NCBI GenBank assembly: GCA_964016885.1
Contig: OZ024742.1
Coordinates: 223,944,001-224,008,000, forward strand
Source of the DNA: Eledone cirrhosa
Taxonomy: Eukaryota
Direction of reading: 5' to 3'
Length of the DNA: 64,000 nt
Position numbers and translations under genes: made by a program. This document shows positions 55,255 to 64,000 of the stretch, one piece after another. The notes under the pieces are model-generated. The model had not been told where the DNA came from and searched no databases. It worked only from the letters and a program-made list of their open reading frames with translations. Every line of letters starts with the position of its first letter. The stretch's first letter is position 1.

Positions 55255-55545
55255 ATAATGTATAATAAACAATACACTATAATGACCTCATTACCCGAGG
55301 TTTCTCGAATAGGACGAACACAAGATACGTCCGCATTCGTTCGTCAGATATATTCGTTCGTCAGGCAATATTGCCTTATCTGCCGAACGAATGCGGACGT
55401 CTCTTGTGTTCGTCCTGTTCGAGAAACCTCGTGTAATGAGGTAATTATAGTGTGTTGTTTATTATACATTAAATATTTAGCTCTGTTACTTACATAGAGC
55501 ATTCTTCATTCCTTTTACTTTTTTCACGGAAACTTCAACATTTAT
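55255..55545. mobile_element. Foldback with paired hammerheads (- 55282-55349; + 55378-55445)
   Basis: Sense at-CTGACGA-acgaat.cggacg..cgtcc.attcga-GAAA-CCTC..GAGG-TC-at; (TA)n flanks. Confidence 0.78.
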
Positions 55546-55609
55546 ATATATATATATATATATATATAAACAGACTAAATAAAGATGAAATATATATATA
55601 TATATATAT

Positions 55610-57345
<1,736 letters not shown>

Positions 57346-57516
57346 AAAAAAAAAAAATATATATATATTTATATATATATATATATAGAGAGAGAGAGAA
57401 GTGGAAAGAAACAAAAGCGGGTGACGTGGTGTACGAAATTTTGGGGTGAGGCGTGTGGTGAAGAGAGAGAGAGGGAGAGAGAGAGCAGGGGGAAACAGAA
57501 GGAGAGAGAGTGAGTG

Positions 57517-57569
<53 letters not shown>

Positions 57570-57647
57570 AGAGAGAGAGAGAGAGAGAGTAGGCGAGAGA
57601 GAGAAGGGGAAAAAGAAAGAGAGAGAGGGAGAGAGAAAGAGAGGGAT

Positions 57648-57722
<75 letters not shown>

Positions 57723-57899
57723 GAGAGAGAGAGAGAGAGAGTGAGGTGGGGTTTGTAGTGAGAATTATAAACACTTGTAAAGAAAAACTGATTTACAAAA
57801 TGAATTGTCTAACAAAAAGCATTTCAGAAGTGTTACGGGGTAGCGGGGTGAGTATGTGTTGTGGTGGTAGGAGGTGACGTATTGATGTAGTGGGAGGCA

Positions 57900-60800
57900 A
57901 TGTGTTGGAGTAGTGGGAGTTGTATGAAGGGGTGGTACAGGTGGAGAAGGTGGTGGTGATGATGATAGTGGCTGTGATGATAGTGGTGGTGACGTTGGGG
58001 GTATTGCTATTGTCGTTGTGAAGATGGTGGTGATGATAGTGACTGTGATGATGGTGCAGATGGTAATGGCGGTGGTGGTGGCGGTGGTGGTGGTGGCGTT
58101 GGGTGTATTGTTCTTGTTGCTGTTGTGAAGATGGTGTTGATAGTGATGGTGATGGTGGGGATGATGGTGGTGGTGGTGACGGTGTTGCTGGTGGTAGTGG
58201 TGGCGTTGGGGGGGGGGGGGTATTGTTATTGTTGTTGTGAAGATGGTGATGATAGTGATTGTGATGATGGCGGTGGTGGCGTTGAAGATGTTAATGGTGG
58301 TGTTGGTGATGGTGGAGGTGGTAGTGATGGTGGAGGTGATGGGGATGGTGGAGGTGATGGTGGAGGTGATGGTGGAGGTGATGGTGATGGTGGAGGTGGT
58401 AGTCATGGTGGAGGTGATGGTGATGGTGGAGGTGATGGTGATGGTGGATGTGGTAGTGATGGTGGAGGTGATGGTGGAGGTGATGGTGATGGTGGAGGTG
58501 ATGGTGATGGTGGAGGTGGCAGTGATGGTGGAGGTGATGGTGATGGTGGAGGTGATGGTGATTGTGGAGGTGATGGTGGAGGTGATGGTGATGGTGGAGG
58601 TGATGGTGATTGTGGAGGTGATGGTGATGGTGGAGGTGATGGTGATTGTGGAGGTGATGGTGATGGTGATGGTGGAGGTGATGGTGATGGTGGAGGTGAT
58701 GGTGATTGTGGAGGTGATGGTGGAGGTGATGGTGATGGTGGAGGTGATGGTGATGGTGGAGGTGATGGTGATGGTGGAGGTGATGGTGATGGTGGAGGTG
58801 GAGGTGATGGTGATGGTGGAGGTGGTAATGATGGTGGATGTGGTAGTGATGGTGGAGGTGATGGTGATGGTGGAGGTGATGGTGATGGTGGAGGTGGAGG
58901 TGATGGTGATGGTGGAGGTGGTAATGATGGTGGATGTGGTAGTGATGGTGGAGGTGATGGTGATGGTGGAGGTGATGGTGATGGTGGAGGTGGAGGTGAT
59001 GGTGATGGTGGAGGTGGTAATGATGGTGGATGTGGTAGTGATGGTGGAGGTGATGGTGATGGTGGAGGTGATGGTGATGGTGGAGGTGGAGGTGATGGTG
59101 ATGGTGGAGGTGGCAGTGATGGTGGAGGTGATGGTGATGATGGAGGTGATGGTGATGGTGGAGGTGATGGTGATGGTGGAGGTGGTAGTGATGGTGGAGG
59201 TGGTTGTGATGGTGGAGGTGGTAGTGATAGTGGAGGTGGTAGTGATGGTTGAGGTGATAGTGATGGTGGAGGTGGTAGTGATGGAGGAGGTGGTAGTGAT
59301 GGTGGAGGTGGTTGTGATGGTGGAGGTGGTAGTGATTGTGGAGGTGATGTTTATAGTGGAGGTGATGGTGGAGGTGGTAGTGATGGTGGAGGTGGTAGTG
59401 ATGGTGGAGGTGATAGTGATGGTGGAGGTGGTAGTGATGGTTGAGGTGATAGTGATGGTGGAGGTGGTAGTGATGGAGGAGGTGGTAGTGATGGTGGAGG
59501 TGTTGGTGGAGGTGTTGGTGATGGTGGAGGTGGTAGTGATGGTGGAGGTGGTAGTGATGGAGGAGGTGGTAGTGATGGTGGAGGTGAAGGTGTTGGTGGA
59601 GGTGGTAGTGATGGTGGAGGTGGTAGTGATGGAGGAGGTGGTAGTGATGGTGGAGGTGATGGTGATGGTGGAGGTGGTAGTGATGGTGGAGGTGAAGGTG
59701 ATGGTGGAGGTGGTAGTGATTGAGGAGGTGGTAGTGATGGTGGAGGTGATGGTGATGGTGGAGGTGATGGTGGAAGTGGAGGTGATGTTTATGGTGGAGG
59801 TGATGGTGATGATGGAGGTGATAGTGATGGTGGAAGTGGTAGTGATGGTGGAGGTGGTAGTGATGGTGGAGGTGGTAGTGATGGTGGAAGTGGTAGTGAT
59901 GGTGGAGGTGGTAGTGATGGTGGAGGTGATGGTGATGGTGGAGGTGGTAGTGATGGAGGAGGTGGTAGTGATGGTGGAGGTGATGTTTATGGTGGAGGTG
60001 ATGGTGGAGGTGATTGTGGAGGTGGAGGTGATGGTGATGGTGGAGGTGATGGTGATGGTGGAGGTGGTAGTGATGGAGGTGGTAGTGATGGTGGAGGTGA
60101 TGTTTATGGTGGAGGTGATGGTGATGGTGATGGTGGAGGTGGTAGTGATTGTGGAGGTGGTAGTGATGGTGGAGGTGGTAGTGATGGTGGAGGTGGTAGT
60201 GATGGTGGAGGTGGTAGTGATGGTGGAGGTGATGTTTATGGTGGAGGTGATGAAGGAGGTGGTAGTGATGGAGCAGGTGGTGGTGATGGTGGAGGTGAAG
60301 GTGATGGTGGAGGTGGTAGTGATGGTGGAGGTGGTAGTGATTGAGGAGGTGGTAGTGATGGTGGAGGTGATGGTGATGGTGGAGGTGATGGTGGAAGTGG
60401 AGGTGATGTTTATGGTGGAGGTGATGGTGATGATGGTGATAGTGATGGTGGAAGTGGTAGTGATGGTGGAGGTGGTAGTGATGGTGGAGGTGGTAGTGAT
60501 GGTGGAAGTGGTAGTGATGGTGGAGGTGGTAGTGATGGTGGAGGTGGTAGTGATGGAGGAGGTGGTAGTGATGGTGGAGGTGGTAGTGATTGTGGAGGTG
60601 ATGGTGGAGGTGGTAGTGATGAAGGAGGTGGTAGTGATGGAGGAGGTGGTAGTGATGGTGGAGGTGGTGGTGATGGTGGAGGTGATGGTGGAGGTGGTAG
60701 TGATGGTGGAGGTGGTAGTGATGGAGGAGGTGGTAGTGATGATGGAGGCGGTAGTGATGGTGGAGGTGATGGTGATGGTGGAGGTGATGGTGGAGGTGGT

Positions 60801-61720
60801 AGTGATGGAGGAGGTGGTGGTGATGGAGGAGGTGATGGTGATGGTGGAGGTGATGGTGGAGGTGGTAGTGATGGAGGAGGTGGTAGTGATGGAGGAGGTG
60901 GTGGTGATGGAGGAGGAGGTGGTGATAGAGGAGGTGGTAGTGATGAAGGAGGTGGTAGTGATGGTGGAGGTGGTAGTGATAGTGGAGGTGGTAGTGATGG
61001 AGGAGGTGGTAGTGATGGTGGAGGTGGTAGTGATGGTGGAGGTGGTAGTGATGGTGGAGGTGATGGTGATGGTGGAGGTGGTAGTGATGAAGGAGGTGGT
61101 AGTGATGGTGGTAGTGATGGTGGATGTGATAGTGATGGTGGAGGTGATTGTGATGGTGGAGGTGATGGTGGAGGTGGTAGTGATGGTGGAGGTGGTAATG
61201 ATGGTGGATGTGGTAGTGATGGTGGAGGTGATTGTGATGGTGGAGGTGATGTTTATGGTGGAGGTGATTGTGATGGTGGAGGTGATGGTGGAGGTGGTAG
61301 TGATGGTGGAGGTGGTAATGATGGTGGATGTGGTAGTGATGGTGGAGGTGATTGTGATGGTGGAGGTGATGTTTATGGTGGAGGTGATTGTGATTGTGGA
61401 GGTGATGGTGGAGGTGGTAGTGATGGTGCAGATGATGGTGATAGTGGAGGTGATGGTGATGGTTGTGATGCTGGTGATAGTGGAGGTGATGGTTACGGTG
61501 GTGGTGCTGGTGGTAGTTATAATATTCTTGGTGGTGCTGTTGGCAATGGTAGTGACGATGGTGGTGATGACGGTGATATTGTTGATGAGGTTGCTGACAG
61601 TAGTGGTTGTGATTATGGTTATGATGATAATGGTGGTGGTGATGCTGGTAGTGGTTGTGATGACGGTTGTGAATATAATAGTGGTGCTGGTGTTGGAGGT
61701 GTTAATGGTGATTGAAAGTG
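57900..61720. repeat. About 3.8-kb GGT/GAT/GGA triplet-based minisatellite (18-bp core gtggaggtggtagtgatg)
   Basis: Direct reading; stop-free in several frames on both strands. Confidence 0.93.
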
Positions 61721-62291
61721 TTAATGAAATGAAATTAATGAAAACCAGAAAAGACGAGGAACAAGAGTCAAATATATAAAAGGAAAACGTAGAACGAGAG
61801 AGAGAGTAAGAGAAGTTGAGAGCGTAAAAGAGAATAAGAGGGAGAGAGAGAGAGAAATGTGTGTGTGTGGGGGGGGGGGGGATCAAGTATTCATGATGAG
61901 CGGCTTGACTGCCTAGCAAAAACCACAATGGTGGCAAATGTCAGAAAAAGCCTTAACGGAATATAATGAAATTTTTCAAGTGATGGCTTTTTGGGAAGCG
62001 AATGAGAGCTATGATGATGACGATGATGATGATGGTGATGATGGAAAGAGAGGCGAAGACAAAAGGTCGATGGAGAAGCGGAAAAACAAAAGCACAATGG
62101 CGAAAAATTTTAAGTAGTTTGACAGACCGGAAGGCGCGATTCAGCCGCATGTGACTTCCTGTCCATTCAATCAATATGGCAGAGAGTTTATAGTGTGGTG
62201 AGTAACTGAGAGGTTGAATTAAAGGATTGGGAAGGAGTGACTGTGAATGTGACTCTGCTGTGTTGCTCTACCGTGCTCTGGCTGCACCGTG

Positions 62292-62404
62292 CTTTTATAC
62301 TAAAAGTGATTATTGAGTGATGACGGGTAGGTAGGCAGTCAGGCAGGCAGGCGATCAGTCGTTTGAGCGAGCGACGTAGCGTATTTGCATACGTCATCTA
62401 TTGG
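62292..62404 (-). promoter_or_regulatory. Candidate Pol II promoter: CCAAT, CRE half-site, octamer, TATA
   Basis: Minus strand CCAAT (62400-62404), TGACGT (62391-62396), ATGCAAAT (62383-62390), TATAAAAG (62292-62299), in a non-repetitive island. Confidence 0.4.
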
Positions 62405-62699
62405 TTTGTGTTTATAAGCCATTTGTTCGCAGGCATCGCTTCGCTAACGACTTGAATAGGTAACACGAAAAGTACATTAGTAGGAAAGAACAGAGAAAAC
62501 TAGATTGAGAAGAAGGAGAAGGAAAGGGCCAGCGAAGGTATTGACATGTATTGAAATGTAACTAACATCTTACTTGTCGTAGTAACACGTGCTAATTGCC
62601 CAACTGATTACGTTTCTTTTCAACCAATCACGATGCTTCATTGCTTTAATTGACTTGATCACATTTCATTCAAGGCTTCCCATTCAACTTCATGCATTT

Positions 62700-64000
62700 T
62701 GTTTGTTGTTGCAATTTCTCTTCTTGTCATTGTCGTCATTATTGTTGTTGTTGTTGTTGTTGTTGTTATTTTTTTGACGGCGGTGCTTAGCAGTGATGGA
62801 GATGGTGATGGGGGTGGTGTTACTGTTGTTGTGTCGCTGTGCTACTAAATGGTGATTGTTTGTTTCAATGTTTGTTGTCGTCATTTTTGTTATTGCTGTT
62901 GTTGTTGTTGTTATTGTTACAATTTTGTTGTTGTTGTTCTTATTGTTGTGGCAGTGGTACTTAGTGGCGATGGTGGAGGTCTTACGATGTTTGTTGTTGT
63001 TGCTTTATTGTTGATGTTTCTGTTGGTGCATTTTGTTGTTATATTGATGGTAATGGTGATGATGGATTTGTTGCTGTTGTTAGGGGTGATGATGGTTTTG
63101 TTGTTGTGTTACTATGGTGGTTAGTAGTAATTTTGTTGTTGTTGTTGTTGGTGTTGGCAGTGGTGTTAGTGTGGCGGTTAGTAGTGATGGGGGTTTTATT
63201 GTTGTTACTTTGGTGGTTTGTGGTCATGGTGGATGCAATGCTGTTGTTGCTCGTATTAGTGGTGATGATGGTTTTGTTGTTGTTGTTGTTGTTTGTGGTA
63301 GTATTACTGTGATCGTGGTTTTGTTGTTGTTGTTGTTGTTGTTTGTGGTAGTGTTACTGTGATGGTGGTTTTGTTGTTGTTGTTGTTGTTTGTGGTAGTG
63401 TTACTGTGATGGTGGTTTTGTTGTTGTTGTTGTTGTTGTTTGTGGTAGTGTTACTGTGATGGTGGTTTTGTTGTTGTTGTTGTTGTTTGTGGTAGTGTTA
63501 CTGTGATGGTGGTTTTGTTGTTGTTGTTGTTGTTGTTGTTTGTGGTAGTGTTACTGTGATGGTGGTTTTGTTGTTGTTGTAATTGCGGAGGTTTGTGGTG
63601 TTGGTGTTTGTGTTAGTCTGGTGGTTAATGGCGACAGAGGTTTTGTTGATGTTGATTTTGTTGTTGTTGTTAGTGTGATGGTTAATGGTGGTGGTAGTCT
63701 TAGTGTGGTGGTGGTAGTTTTGTTGTTGTTGTTGTGGTGGTGGTGGTAGTCTTAGTGTGGTGGTGGTTAGTGGTGGTGGTGGTGGTAGTTTCGTTGTTGA
63801 TTTTGTTGTTGTTGCTGTTAGTATTTTCGTGGTTTTGTTGTTTTTGTTGTTGTTAGTAGTCTTAGTGTGATGGTTAGTGCTAATGGAGATTTTGTAGTAG
63901 TAGTAGTAGTAGTTGCTGTTGTTGTGTTTCTCTTGCTGTTGTTACTGTTGTTGTTGTTGTTGTTGGTGTTGGTGTTAATGCAGTTGTATTTCAGTAACGA
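62700..64000. repeat. (GTT)/(GGT) low-complexity region with an about 45-bp tandem unit at 63270-63580
   Basis: Direct reading. Confidence 0.9.

Noticed and set aside
57765-61937. 1390-aa Thr/Ile/Ser mucin-like ORF and the opposite 1180-aa Val/Met ORF
   Set aside because: Both arise from a triplet-based minisatellite that is stop-free on both strands; no credible signal peptide, domain or unique coding flank

Overview
Eukaryotic, AT-rich, microsatellite-dense intergenic or intronic DNA. It is probably from an octopod cephalopod, an inference from the repeat landscape and SINE family. No intact host gene was found. Conventional content: decayed non-LTR retrotransposons (RTE-like, CR1/L2-like, a near full-length Tx1/L1-like element, CRE-like remnants), tRNA-derived SINEs, Tc1/mariner-type MITEs and long simple repeats. 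The striking signal is a dense set of Penelope-like element (PLE) pieces with GIY-YIG remnants and non-coding ribozyme retroelements, nearly all inserted into (TA)n tracts. By eye I count about 39 type I hammerhead-ribozyme-like motifs (intact or degenerate) in at least 12 sequence families. Most insertions are head-to-head foldbacks with both ribozyme-sense 3' ends fused to (TA)n. The centrepiece is a very young 5.9-kb inverted double array of a 592-bp retrozyme-like unit at 41967-47884. Each unit carries a variant hammerhead (UUGAUAA, a U3-A8 covariant core, with a GUC site). Three other insertions show circular permutation (about 316, 552 and 648 nt), suggesting circular RNA templates copied from both ends of a break in (TA)n. 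All folds and coordinates are manual reads, and nothing was computed.
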